From: a virus
Taxonomy: Duplodnaviria; Heunggongvirae; Uroviricota; Caudoviricetes
DNA: 64,000 nucleotides
Direction: 5' to 3' (one strand)
IMG/VR virus record: IMGVR_UViG_3300037418_003103
The first letter of the stretch is position 1; each line of letters starts with the position of its first letter. Position numbers and translations under genes: made by a program. Shown here piece after piece: positions 16,041-27,100 of the stretch. The notes beneath the pieces are model-generated. The model was not told the origin of the DNA and made no database searches. It saw only the letters and a list, made by a program, of their open reading frames with translations.

Positions 16041-19000
16041 TATTGTGAAAGTTTATTTATTATTAATTCTAATTCTTTTATTCTCTGTTCTAATTCATGA
16101 ATTTTAACACTGTGAACTTGAATATAATCTAATTCTCTGAACCCGTCATTATTGTAATTAACAGCTTCTGGAATGAAGGCCTCAACTTGCTGAGCTGAGT
16201 AACCGTATCTTTCCTTTTTATTTATATCGTCTTTGAGATAGAATTTTATTAATTCTATTGAAGACTTCTTGTTTGAAAATTCTACTATCTCTTTAAGTCT
16301 AATATCTGATGATTGATAGTAGGCTGGTGCTGTTAAAGATCCAGTTAGAATTCCTCCAGATAGTTTAAGATAACCACCGCTAACGAATGCTGTTGTTGCT
16401 ATCTGGGTTGTACTAGTCCCTGACGCAGCGGTTGGAGCGGTTGGAGTCCCAGTGAAAGCAGGAGAAGAAAGATTAGCTTTAGAAGGTATACCTAGATCAG
16501 ATATTGTTTCAGCTTGAGTTCTCATTAATAATTGTCCACCAGACATTCGTAAGAAATCCAAACCCGAACTAGCATTATGCGGTATTCCAGTAAAGGTAGG
16601 CTGTCCACTCACAGTTAACGAGCTGCCCATGTTAACAGCTCCACCAACATCTAGATTAAAAGTTCCTTGTTGATTTCCATAAGATGCTACTAAAGCTTTT
16701 CCTATTACTAAATTCCCAGCGCCAGTTATCCTTACTGATTCTGAAAGAGTCCCACCAAACATAGTAGAAAACCTAAAGTCTCCTACATCATACCCAGTAG
16801 CAGCTCCAGTTGATTCTATCGTAGCTCCATAATTTACGAATGATCCACCATAAAATCTTATCCTACCGTAAGAATTGACGGTTCCGCTATTAAATGTTAG
16901 AGTGTAGCCTGTAACATCATAAAAAGTTTTGGCACCTGTTATGGTTTGAACATCAGTTAGAGTTGCTAGATTTAGAGTCGTTACGAACGATGCTGGAGAA
17001 AGATAACGAAGATAAGCATCTTGTGAACAGTATATTCTAGTGAGTGGAGTAACAGCTACTCCAGATATCGTGTTTATCCATCCAGTCTGTAAGTATCCTG
17101 AACTATCAGTCCTAACTATCTGATTAGCAACATTGTTAACTCCAGTAGCTACAGATAAACCATCTACCGATCCAGCATTTCCAGTTATGTTTATGTTCCA
17201 AGTTCCTGAAGCTCCAGCTCCAAGAAGAGTCGGAGCCAGTGTATTGTAATTAACACTGTCTAACAATAGTCTCCACGGAGACCAAGATCCACTGTAAAAC
17301 GATCTAAAATAACAATTTTCAAAGGCTGTATAAACATGATAGTACTGGAATATGAAAGTATTAGCGAAAACCTCTAATTTACCAGCTTTAGCAATTGGAT
17401 AATGAAGTCCTGTAGCTGCTTGAGAATCAGCATATTGAATATACCAACCAGTAGTAGTATAAGTGTCCAGATTAGCTGAACCTGGAATCAATGCTCCTTG
17501 CGAAAAAGAGTTATTAAGTTGAGTCTGAATTGAAGAGGTAACACCATCTAAGTATCCTATCTCTGTTGATGTAATAGTTCCTATTGACGTTGTAGATGGT
17601 AGAACTACTGTTCCAGTAAATGTTGGAGAGACTTTAGGCGCATAAGTTGAAGCCGCAACTGAAGTAGTAAGGTATGTAGAGTTGTCATAAGAGACAGCCG
17701 TACCTGAAACTTTTACAAAACCAGTTCCTGATAATACAGATTGCGCATCAGTTATTCCATAACCAGCAAGTGTTGTGGGAGTAGAAGTAATTGCAGAAAA
17801 TGTTGGAGTAGATGAAATTACTCCAGCAGATATGGTGATTCCAGCACCGATCTTCACTCCGCCTAAAACTGAAGCTGATGCTGTTGGTAATGAATATGCT
17901 GAAGGAGTTCCAGTTAATAGTGAATAAGGAATAGAGCCAGCAGTTAGCGTTCCAATAGTGGTTATAGATGAGCTACCAGCTAATGGAGATTTGCCATTCA
18001 ACTGTGTCTGGATTGATGAAGTAACTCCATCTAAATATCCTAATTCAGTAGAAGTAATCAATCCTATTGAAGTTGTTGAGGGCAGAACTACCGTTCCAGT
18101 GAATGTTGGAGATACTAAAGGTGCATAAGTTGATGCAGCAGAAGCAGTTGTCAGATAAGTTGAGTTGTCATAACTGATTGTTGAACCAGCTATCTTCACG
18201 AAACCAGTTCCTGATAATGCTGATTGGGCATCAGTAATTCCGTATCCACTTAATGTTGTTGGCTTACCAGTTATGCTAGCCCAAGCTAAAGATGATGCAG
18301 TAGTCAGATAACCAGCGTCATTTGCGAATGAAGAAACATTATCTCCTATAAATGTTACATCTTTATAAACTGAATAAGCAGCGGTATCTTGGAAAGCACC
18401 TTGATAAATTCTCATGCCTATTCCTATCTTCTTGAACATTACAAGATTCTGATAACCGCCAGAAGAATCTTGATAGCCTCCAAAATGAATATAATCTGCG
18501 TAAGGAGAACCATTGCCAGCATTAGCCCAGGAAGTGAACCCAAACCTTAAACTATGTGAAGATATATCATTTGGATGAATCGTTCTTAAATCTTGATAAT
18601 CAATATAAGAAGTTGGATATATGTTTGAATCTACTGAGCCATCCGCTTTAAGAAATTGTGAAGAAGTGCCTCCAGATTTGATGAAAGAAGAAGCTAAAAT
18701 GTTCCCTGTAGTATGAATTGCTTGAGTTGGAGTTGTTACGCCAAAACCTACATTTTTATTAAAATTTTCGTATGGCCTAGGATAGATTGTCGTGTCAGTG
18801 GTGTATATAGTTCCAGCAGTTAGAGTTGCAGCATTTGTTATCAAAGCTGCTGTGCTAGAAAAGAATTCGAATTTTATTCTAGGAGTATTAGAAGTGCTTA
18901 CTCTATGAACTAAAGTTATTTTGAATCTTGAATTAGTTGAGTCCCAAGATAAGTCAGAAATAGCATAATTGTCTGCAGTATTACCTTCTATTTCAGTATA

Positions 19001-22000
19001 TCTTGTCTCTTGGTTATATATGGTTCCTCCAGTGTTGATTCCTAAGCCAAAGACCTTAATCATGTATCCTATAGCATTTTGCATATTGAATCCATCAGTA
19101 ACAGTAACTTTTATCATTCCATTGAATGTCTGAACACCAGTGAAGTAAAAATCTACTTTTTGGTTTGGCGTTGCATCAGGAAAATTGACACTAAAAGTTT
19201 TCGTAATGGAACCAGTATCTAGTCTATAAGAAGTGTTATTGACATCTAAAGCAGCTAAAGGAGTTGCAGTGAATAATCCGATGCTAGTTCCATTGTCAAA
19301 TACCGAAGAATTACCTATGCTTGAAGTGGAAGTAAATTTAGAAAGATAATTTGTAGCTCCAGATATAGAAGTAGAAATAATGTCAGTGGTTGCAACCTTA
19401 TGCCAAGGCAGCCATCCACTGACATTCTTGGCTCTAAAGTAAAAAGAACCAATTCCATCACTATTACCATTATCATATAATAATTGTAGATTATTATTAT
19501 CAGACCCATAACTAAATGTAATTGCACCACCGTATTGTGCTGCATTTGGCTTATTGGCTGGTGGAGTTGAATACCATGCGGTAAACCTTGCTGGTTCAGT
19601 ATTCAAATCAGTAGATGTGGATGTGTTTATAGCATTCATATACCGAATAGAATCTACTGAACCATCTGCCTTTAAGAATTGTGAAGAAATGCCACCATTC
19701 ATTATAAATGATGTACCTTTTATATTTCCAACAACTTCTAATGTTTGTGTTGGCGACGCAGTTCCTATTCCTACTTTTCCGCCAGATGGATTTAATAAAA
19801 TGTTATAAGCAGTTGCTACTCCATCTTGCCTCATTGCTTGAAACCATGTATCACCATTTGATACAACACCAGAATATAAACCATATAAACCATTTGATCC
19901 TAAAATCGAAAATGAACCTGATATAGTTCCAAGTGCGGGTACTGGAGAACTTGATATAGAATAAGCAGATAATTTTCGTGCGGTTACAATTCCTGTTCCT
20001 GCTGCAATTGATACTGTTGTAACATTTTTTATATTAAAATTTAAAGTTCCATACATTGAATCACCAGCCGATAGTAAATATTGTCTAGCATATGGCGCTG
20101 ATACATGTCTGATCCCGATTTCGGATAAGTATACAAAAGCACCATTTATTATTTTTGGGTTTTGAAAAGTAAATCTTGCATAACGCCAAGTACTACCAGT
20201 TATTCCAGCAGGGTTAGCTTCTGATCCAACCCACATAGAATCAGGAAAAAATGTTTGAGCTGATGCATCAAAACTCCATCCGACAGCAGAATAATAATTT
20301 GTCCCATCTGATGACACAGAAACAGAAATATTTTTATAATTGTAAGAGTTATAGCCACGGAATGCAACAAATGGTTGCCATAATGAATGTGAATAATTAT
20401 TAACGTTACTAAGCATGTCAATATCTACGACAAAAGAATCATCAGAACCGTCAACTCCAGGAATACCCATAAATGCACCAGAACCGTCAAATATAGCTCT
20501 AAGTTGAGAAGCCGAATAATTTGTTTGAACTCCACCTTGAGTTAAAACTGCTGTAACAGTACCTTTTAAATCAACATTTGTTAATTCATTTCTATCATAT
20601 AAACCAGTCATTCCTAAATCAAAAATCTCACCATTTAAAGCAACATAGGAGTTCTTTAACCATTTATTAGAAATATTTTGTGGTTGTGAAACTAATGTAT
20701 TTTGAACATAAGCAGTTGTTGCTATTTTAGTTGATGCATCAGTTGATGATTGTGTTACAGCAGTTCCATTTCCCGTAATTGTTGGAGACGAAATTGTTGG
20801 AGACGAAGAATTCACTATCTGTTTCCATGGACTCCAAGTACTAGCATATTTATTCCTATAATAAATCTGTTCAGCTATCTGACTATTTTGGTAAACTTGG
20901 TATGTTTGATATATCATAGATGGACTTGCAAACACTTCTAATTTACCAGCATTAGGTGATGGATAATTTGTACCAGATACAGCATTACCATTTAAGTCTT
21001 GATAATACCATCCTGTAGAAGTATAAGTGTTCAAATCTGCACCTGATGGAATAGATACTCCAGCTATATTTGCTTTCAATCCTAAGCTTGAATCTATTTG
21101 AGTCTTTGTATAAGCATCTGTGATTCCATAACCTGATATAGTGGTTGGTTTGTTTAAAATCTGCGCCAATCCAGAAACAGCGTTCCAATCAGCATTTACT
21201 TGAGTTGGTACAGCATTTATTGCATCTGATACAGCTTTTGTTGTTGGATAAGTAATATCAGATGGAGTTGCTAAAGAAGTTACTTTATTTGATTGCGGTT
21301 CGTAAACAGTATTATCATAACTTATGGTAGTTCCTGAGATCTTAACAAAACCAGTTCCATTTAGAACACTTTGTGCATCTGTTATTCCATATCCACTTAG
21401 AGTCGTTGGATTTGGAGCGGCTGTTAATACACCAGTTGGAGACACTGAAACGAATCTTGTTCCAGTCCCCGAAAGATTAGAAAGTGTTGTTACACCAGTA
21501 ACATTTAAAGTACTAGATAGATTTGCACTCGTAAGAACACTATTTCCTGTCACAGTTAGAACACCAGAGATAGCATTTAGCCCTATCACCATTAGTCCAG
21601 AACCGTTCTTTACTTCTATGTCACCAGAACTAGCATTAAAATACATTCCGTATTGAGTGATATTATTTACTGGATTTGCATATCTAAAAGCATAAGAGTT
21701 TGCTAAAACTATAGGAGATGATGTTCCGTTGAATATAATATTTCCGTCTGATGTAATATTAACATAATTAGTTGCATTACCTATTTTCGCATTCCCAATA
21801 GTTAATCCAGATAATGAAGTATTACCTGCAGTAAGAACTTGGTCTAGTGTTGGCGTTGGCACAGTAGGCAACAGCTGCCAAGTATTATCCTCCCTAAGGA
21901 ACTTAGTTGTTCCACCTCCATTAGATCCTAAGTATTGATAGTTTATAACGTCGCCCTGCCATGTGCCTAGTGTTACCGTTCCAAGAGTAGTTATTGTAGT

Positions 22001-22285
22001 TTGTCCAGAATAAACATTAGAGATATCTATGATTGGATTCGTAGCCGTTCCATTAATAATTATCCTAGCGTCAGTACCAGTAATAGCTGATATAGCTCCG
22101 ATAGCACTAAGAGTACCATTTTCGGTATTGAGAACAAGATTGCTCCCCAGCAGGATTTCCTGTATAACGCCAGGAATAGCATCAGATCTACCTAGGAGTA
22201 TTGACCCCTGTGTTGTCTGTTGAATATCTGAGTATTCTACTGAAAAATCTCTTATTTGTTGACCTGTAATACTAGTGGCTGGCAT
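16040..22285 (-). CDS. Long tail fibre / receptor-binding protein with C-terminal intramolecular chaperone (peptidase S74-like)
   Basis: 2081 aa; repeated PTTLSGYGITDA units; pyocin-knob-like DLNTYT.TGWY.Q...AGKLEVF...WSPW domains; SPAFTGTPTAPT; C-terminal YYQSSDIRLK...GYSAQQV...LDY + coiled coil. Confidence 0.88.
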   Translation of the reverse strand: MPATSITGQQIRDFSVEYSDIQQTTQGSILLGRSDAIPGVIQEILLGSNLVLNTENGTLSAIGAISAITGTDARIIINGTATNPIIDISNVYSGQTTITTLGTVTLGTWQGDVINYQYLGSNGGGTTKFLREDNTWQLLPTVPTPTLDQVLTAGNTSLSGLTIGNAKIGNATNYVNITSDGNIIFNGTSSPIVLANSYAFRYANPVNNITQYGMYFNASSGDIEVKNGSGLMVIGLNAISGVLTVTGNSVLTSANLSSTLNVTGVTTLSNLSGTGTRFVSVSPTGVLTAAPNPTTLSGYGITDAQSVLNGTGFVKISGTTISYDNTVYEPQSNKVTSLATPSDITYPTTKAVSDAINAVPTQVNADWNAVSGLAQILNKPTTISGYGITDAYTKTQIDSSLGLKANIAGVSIPSGADLNTYTSTGWYYQDLNGNAVSGTNYPSPNAGKLEVFASPSMIYQTYQVYQNSQIAEQIYYRNKYASTWSPWKQIVNSSSPTISSPTITGNGTAVTQSSTDASTKIATTAYVQNTLVSQPQNISNKWLKNSYVALNGEIFDLGMTGLYDRNELTNVDLKGTVTAVLTQGGVQTNYSASQLRAIFDGSGAFMGIPGVDGSDDSFVVDIDMLSNVNNYSHSLWQPFVAFRGYNSYNYKNISVSVSSDGTNYYSAVGWSFDASAQTFFPDSMWVGSEANPAGITGSTWRYARFTFQNPKIINGAFVYLSEIGIRHVSAPYARQYLLSAGDSMYGTLNFNIKNVTTVSIAAGTGIVTARKLSAYSISSSPVPALGTISGSFSILGSNGLYGLYSGVVSNGDTWFQAMRQDGVATAYNILLNPSGGKVGIGTASPTQTLEVVGNIKGTSFIMNGGISSQFLKADGSVDSIRYMNAINTSTSTDLNTEPARFTAWYSTPPANKPNAAQYGGAITFSYGSDNNNLQLLYDNGNSDGIGSFYFRAKNVSGWLPWHKVATTDIISTSISGATNYLSKFTSTSSIGNSSVFDNGTSIGLFTATPLAALDVNNTSYRLDTGSITKTFSVNFPDATPNQKVDFYFTGVQTFNGMIKVTVTDGFNMQNAIGYMIKVFGLGINTGGTIYNQETRYTEIEGNTADNYAISDLSWDSTNSRFKITLVHRVSTSNTPRIKFEFFSSTAALITNAATLTAGTIYTTDTTIYPRPYENFNKNVGFGVTTPTQAIHTTGNILASSFIKSGGTSSQFLKADGSVDSNIYPTSYIDYQDLRTIHPNDISSHSLRFGFTSWANAGNGSPYADYIHFGGYQDSSGGYQNLVMFKKIGIGMRIYQGAFQDTAAYSVYKDVTFIGDNVSSFANDAGYLTTASSLAWASITGKPTTLSGYGITDAQSALSGTGFVKIAGSTISYDNSTYLTTASAASTYAPLVSPTFTGTVVLPSTTSIGLITSTELGYLDGVTSSIQTQLNGKSPLAGSSSITTIGTLTAGSIPYSLLTGTPSAYSLPTASASVLGGVKIGAGITISAGVISSTPTFSAITSTPTTLAGYGITDAQSVLSGTGFVKVSGTAVSYDNSTYLTTSVAASTYAPKVSPTFTGTVVLPSTTSIGTITSTEIGYLDGVTSSIQTQLNNSFSQGALIPGSANLDTYTTTGWYIQYADSQAATGLHYPIAKAGKLEVFANTFIFQYYHVYTAFENCYFRSFYSGSWSPWRLLLDSVNYNTLAPTLLGAGASGTWNINITGNAGSVDGLSVATGVNNVANQIVRTDSSGYLQTGWINTISGVAVTPLTRIYCSQDAYLRYLSPASFVTTLNLATLTDVQTITGAKTFYDVTGYTLTFNSGTVNSYGRIRFYGGSFVNYGATIESTGAATGYDVGDFRFSTMFGGTLSESVRITGAGNLVIGKALVASYGNQQGTFNLDVGGAVNMGSSLTVSGQPTFTGIPHNASSGLDFLRMSGGQLLMRTQAETISDLGIPSKANLSSPAFTGTPTAPTAASGTSTTQIATTAFVSGGYLKLSGGILTGSLTAPAYYQSSDIRLKEIVEFSNKKSSIELIKFYLKDDINKKERYGYSAQQVEAFIPEAVNYNNDGFRELDYIQVHSVKIHELEQRIKELELIINKLSQ
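17520..18265 (-). repeat. Internal duplication of about 85 aa in the long fibre (approx. 17520-17780 and 18000-18265), with a partial third copy near 21310-21410
   Basis: PTTL.GYGITDAQS.LSGTGFVK..G...SYDNSTYLTT..AASTYAP.VSPTFTGTVVLPSTTSIG.ITSTE.GYLDGVTSSIQTQLN occurs twice. Confidence 0.85.
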
Positions 22286-22306
22286 CTTTAATAAATATAA
22301 CTAATA

Positions 22307-24064
22307 TTAATAAATGTAACTTACCCTTATTTTATCTCCTGCCATTGGAATCGCTCCACTTAAAAATGTTAGTGTCTTTGATGATAAAGTATAATCATTA
22401 CCCAGACCAGAGTCAAGTAAAAGGCCATTTAAATATACCGATTCCTTATTTGATATAGGGATATTTGCAAGTATGAAGACAGTATTAACGCCGTCAGTTG
22501 TTCCACTTGGTGTCTCCCTTACAACAAACCTAGTTGAATCGACGACGGTAAGAGAATTACCGTAAATTTTTTCTATTGCCGTTAAAATTGTATCACTGAC
22601 ACCAACCGCGCCAGTAGTTTGTATAAAGCCACTAAGTGTTTTTCCAATAACAGCAGAATTATTAATTGTTACATTAAGAGATCCTGCTGAGGTAGTTACT
22701 TCACCACTTAACGCAGGAAATTGACTGGCCTGTAAAGTACCAGAAGCCATACTACTAAGGTTAACAGAACCCCACGATGGGGTTGATCCACCTATTAAAA
22801 CCTGAGTAGTTGTTCCCGCAGCAAGTCTAAGAGCGCTTCCTGATGTGCCGCCATAAATAATATCACCCGCATTTACCATCGGAGATAACGCGTTGAAGCC
22901 TGCAAGAGCAGTAACCTGGCCTGTTCCTCCTCTAGTAACTGATATGGGAGATGCTTGCCAATTTCCAAAATTTATTGTTCCAAGCGTGGTGATACTTGTT
23001 TGACCAAGATACGCTGAGTCAATATCTATAGTAGGCGTAATTGTGCCACCTCCGCTTACAGAAATTCTGTTGGGCGTTCCTGTTGTTGTTATTGTGAAAG
23101 TTCTGTTAGCTGCAAGAGTTTGAGTATTTCCATTTATTGTAAGGCTTCTTGATAATGGAATGTACAGTGTATCGGTATAAGATGAATCAAGAGAGAAAGC
23201 GTTTCCTATAAGTGAAATACCTGTTCCGTTGGTATAGGTTCCTGCGCCAGATATTTGAACGTATGTAATAGGATCAGTACCAATGGTAGGAGCTGTGGAA
23301 TTTGAGTTGGTCCACTGAGTATTTTTGTTTAAGGTTCCGCCACCACTGACATATACAGCAGAGCCAAACACTTCTGGACTATTATCCTCGTCAACTGCTC
23401 TTGTCCAAGATCCATTTGCGACCACGTAAATACCATTCTGTGAGGCAGTTGTCTGGTTCTTAACAAGAACTCTGTCACCTATATTTAAAATAACTCCATC
23501 TACACTTTGTGTTCCTGATAGTGTTATGTTTGTCGTTGTTGCCGCAAGAACAGCATTTTTCCATGACAGGCCTGTAACTATATTATCTACATAATTTTTA
23601 TTAACTGCGTGATTTGAATTGGTAGGATCACCAGCCAGGGTCAAGAAGCCTGTCATAGACCCACCGCTCAATTGTAAGTATCTGGAATCAAATCCCGTAT
23701 AACTTGGACTGACATAATCAGTATTAGCAACTGCTGAAAGTATAGAAGTACCATCACCCTTTAAAAGACCTGTAATTGTTGTGGAAAGTGTTATAGCTGG
23801 AGTTGTTGTTGGATTAGCTATTGATCCAGAAAATCCGTTTGCGGTAATAACTGAAATACTAGTAAGCGTTCCAATACTGGATGATAATATACCTGTTGAA
23901 GAATTAAGTGTTAAACCAGTTCCAAGTATAATCTCCTGAAGAGTACCTGCTGAATTTGTATACCTCCCAAGAAGAGCTTGTGAAGCACTTAAAGTGTCCT
24001 GAATTTTATCATAAGTAATGCTTTTATCCTTGAACTGTCTCCTAACTAGTGCTGTAGTACTCAT
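22307..24064 (-). CDS. Fibre/virion structural protein
   Basis: 585 aa; HAVNKNYVD..GLSWKNAVLAATTTNITLSGTQSVDGV...GDRVLVKNQT...NGIYV fibre domain; C-terminal ETPSGTTDG..VYLNG..DYT..IRVSY domain. Confidence 0.8.
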   Translation of the reverse strand: MSTTALVRRQFKDKSITYDKIQDTLSASQALLGRYTNSAGTLQEIILGTGLTLNSSTGILSSSIGTLTSISVITANGFSGSIANPTTTPAITLSTTITGLLKGDGTSILSAVANTDYVSPSYTGFDSRYLQLSGGSMTGFLTLAGDPTNSNHAVNKNYVDNIVTGLSWKNAVLAATTTNITLSGTQSVDGVILNIGDRVLVKNQTTASQNGIYVVANGSWTRAVDEDNSPEVFGSAVYVSGGGTLNKNTQWTNSNSTAPTIGTDPITYVQISGAGTYTNGTGISLIGNAFSLDSSYTDTLYIPLSRSLTINGNTQTLAANRTFTITTTGTPNRISVSGGGTITPTIDIDSAYLGQTSITTLGTINFGNWQASPISVTRGGTGQVTALAGFNALSPMVNAGDIIYGGTSGSALRLAAGTTTQVLIGGSTPSWGSVNLSSMASGTLQASQFPALSGEVTTSAGSLNVTINNSAVIGKTLSGFIQTTGAVGVSDTILTAIEKIYGNSLTVVDSTRFVVRETPSGTTDGVNTVFILANIPISNKESVYLNGLLLDSGLGNDYTLSSKTLTFLSGAIPMAGDKIRVSYIY

Positions 24065-24077
24065 CGCTATATTTACT

Positions 24078-24117
24078 TATAAATATCTATCGCTATATTA
24101 AAACTCGCATATTTATT
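24078..24117. promoter_or_regulatory. Divergent pair of ATATTTAT motifs serving genes 22307-24064 (-) and 24180-27470 (+)
   Basis: TATAAATAT at 24078-24086 (minus-strand motif) and ATATTTATT at 24109-24117. Confidence 0.5.
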
Positions 24118-24179
24118 TAAAGACTATATAGTCTAAGATGGACACCTTTATATAAAGGTTTATTATAATACGCACATAT

Positions 24180-27100
24180 GTGATGGCAAATAGAACGGCG
24201 AGTATTTTACTTAAAAGTTCTGGCGTTGTTGGAAAGATTCCTTCAATTTCAGACCTTGCACTAGGTGAATTGGCGATAAATTTCGCTGATGCTAAGCTGT
24301 ATTCTAGATACACTGCTGGCTCAGGTGCAACGGAGGTAAGACAAATAGGCTGGGATCGTCTATCTCTCACAGGCGGCACAGTTACAGGCAACATTACAGC
24401 TAATTCGTTCTTTGGAAATGGTTCTGGAATTACAGGCTTATCAGCCTTGAATATTACTGGATTTACCTCAGGCAGTGTAGTATTCGGGAGTGGTACAGGT
24501 TTAACACAGGATAATGCTAATTTATTTTGGGATAATACGAACAAAACTCTCAGTATCGGTCCAATCCATACTCAGATATCCAATTATAATAACCTCCTAA
24601 ATTTATCTTCTTCTTCAGGAAGAGCTCTTCTTTCAATTAATAACACAAGTGCATATGGAACATCAAGCATAGTCCTCTTTAACTCTTCTGGACATAGCGC
24701 TTCATTCGAAGTTTTAGGGCCATCATACGCTGGAATTGGAGAAGCTGCTGATTTCTCAACAGTAGGCTTAGACTTAGCGTTCAACACAGATGGAGGATCT
24801 TCAACGGGTGGAAATCACGTGATAAAGTTTGTTCCAGGCGGGTATGCAACAACTAATGAAAGATTACGAATAGCTCCTTCTGGAGTAATGATAGGCTATT
24901 TAAACAGAAATCCTACTGCGAGATTAGAAATACAAGCAAGTGATGGCACGCTGGGGACGGCGCCAATAAAGATAAACGCTGGAAGTCTTCTATCAACCAT
25001 ATCAGACGGCTCTATAGAGTATGATGGAACTCATTTTTATTCTTCAATCGGAACTAACAGATATCAGTTGGATCAGCAAACGCTGGACCAAGTACTTACA
25101 GCTGGTAATACTTCTACCAAGACTATAAGTGTAGGAGGAGCTACTATTTCATCTATATCTAACGCTACTGGTGATTTTATTACCAGAAATTCTATTACTG
25201 GACTACTAAGCATTAGAACTGCAACGCAAGCCTTGTCAGATATGGGCGGATTCAGTAGCTCATCAATTCAATCATTTGCAACAGAAGGTAGTACTCTCGA
25301 TGCAAACACCGTTAATCCGTTGGGCGGATTCACTTCTTATTATAGTGGGTATCCAGCTAACGCTGCTTCGCCAGCTATAAGCTATGGAGGGCTAATTACA
25401 TTTGTAAGTTACAGTACTAATAACAATAACCTACAGTTGCAATATGGGAATGGACACAGTGATGAAGCATATAGTACATTGTGGTTTAGAAATAAAAATG
25501 CTGCGGGGTGGACTAGTTGGAAAAAGGTTTGGTCTAGTTATGATTTCACTCAGACTGATATTAATAATTGGAAGACCTCATACTCAGCATCATCTGCCTT
25601 CACGTCTGGTTCTGTTATCTTTTCAAGTGGAAGTGGATTGACTCAAAACAATGCTAATTTATTTTGGGACAATACTAATAATAGATTAGGTATAGGAACT
25701 AACACTCCATCATCAGGAACTCCATACGGAAATACCAAGGTTCACATATATGATACATCTGGATCTGGCTCATCCCTAGTTATAGAAAATAGCGGTTCTA
25801 CATCTTTATTGGGTTCTGAGTTAACTTTAAAGACTAGTTTTTCTTATAGAGGTAAAGGGATAACAATGTATTCTACAGACTCTAATGCAGCCTGGGGTAT
25901 TGGAGTTCCATATGGTAAACCAAATACGTTTCAAATAGGATATGTTAGTGATTACACTTCTCTAGCTTATAAACAAACAGAAACACTTAAAGGTCAAAAT
26001 GAAGGAATTTTCCAACTAACAACGACAGGTAATCTCACGATTACAGGCGCAATGACTGTTCAGTCATTATCCGCTACAGGAACTGTGACAGGTTCAAATC
26101 TACTATACACTACAGGAAATCAGACAATTAATGGGATTGATACATTCACAAATATTCCTAACATTGGCATATCTAACACAAACTCCATTGAAAATGGAAG
26201 ATATAGTCCTTTTTATTCAGCCATAGCAGCAGGAACTCCGCTTTATTTTGATGAGGAGTTTGCTTCAGGAAATAATGCAATAAGCATTTATAATAACTCA
26301 GGCGGAACTGGTTTAACCTTTACTAGAGTATCCGATACTCAATCACCAAATAGAAGCGGATATAAACTTACATTCACCTATGTTTCAGGAGGGCCTACGT
26401 CTCCTGGCCTAGGAGGCTTCGTTCCAACTGCATTTATTGTTTCAGCAAACAGAACATATGTTCATAGATTTAGAGCTAAATTACCTATTGGATACTCTTT
26501 CGCATCAGCATCAAATGCTCTAGGCACTGGTAACGATGATTATTTCATAACGTCTATTAACGGCACTGGTGAGTGGGAGGAATACATGAGAGTGATAAAG
26601 GCTGGCTATGCAGGAACATTTTCTTCAAGTGGTCATATTTATGTTAACGGACCTACTACTTCTGGAATGACATGGTACTTGGCTTCATCAAATATTTATG
26701 AGGTTCAAACAAGCTCAAGCGTTTATTCAAATGGAAGTTATGCTGATCCATCTTGGATTACATCTCTTTCAGCGTCTAAGATTCCTGGAATGAATCTTGA
26801 ACAAGTATTAACTAATGGAAATACCACTACTAAGAGTGTCACAATCGGTGGAACATTAAGTTTTAGTGGAACTGGAAGTATGAATATACATAACGAAGCC
26901 TATGCCTTCAAGTCATACGAATTTCCATCAGCAGGAATGGTTTTCACTTACGCGCGTTACGGCTTTGAATTTAGAGACGGAGGTGCAAATACCATTGCTA
27001 AGATAGGAATACAGGCTGGTTATCCTAATTACTTCATTCAGCCACTTGGGGTAGGACTTACTGCCCCTACAGCCATGCTTCACATTGCTGCTGGAACATC

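Noticed and set aside
17520-18265. Duplicated segment in the fibre gene as a DGR template/variable repeat pair
   Set aside because: Both copies are in-frame coding, differences are mostly synonymous and involve all four bases rather than only adenines, and no reverse transcriptase is in the window
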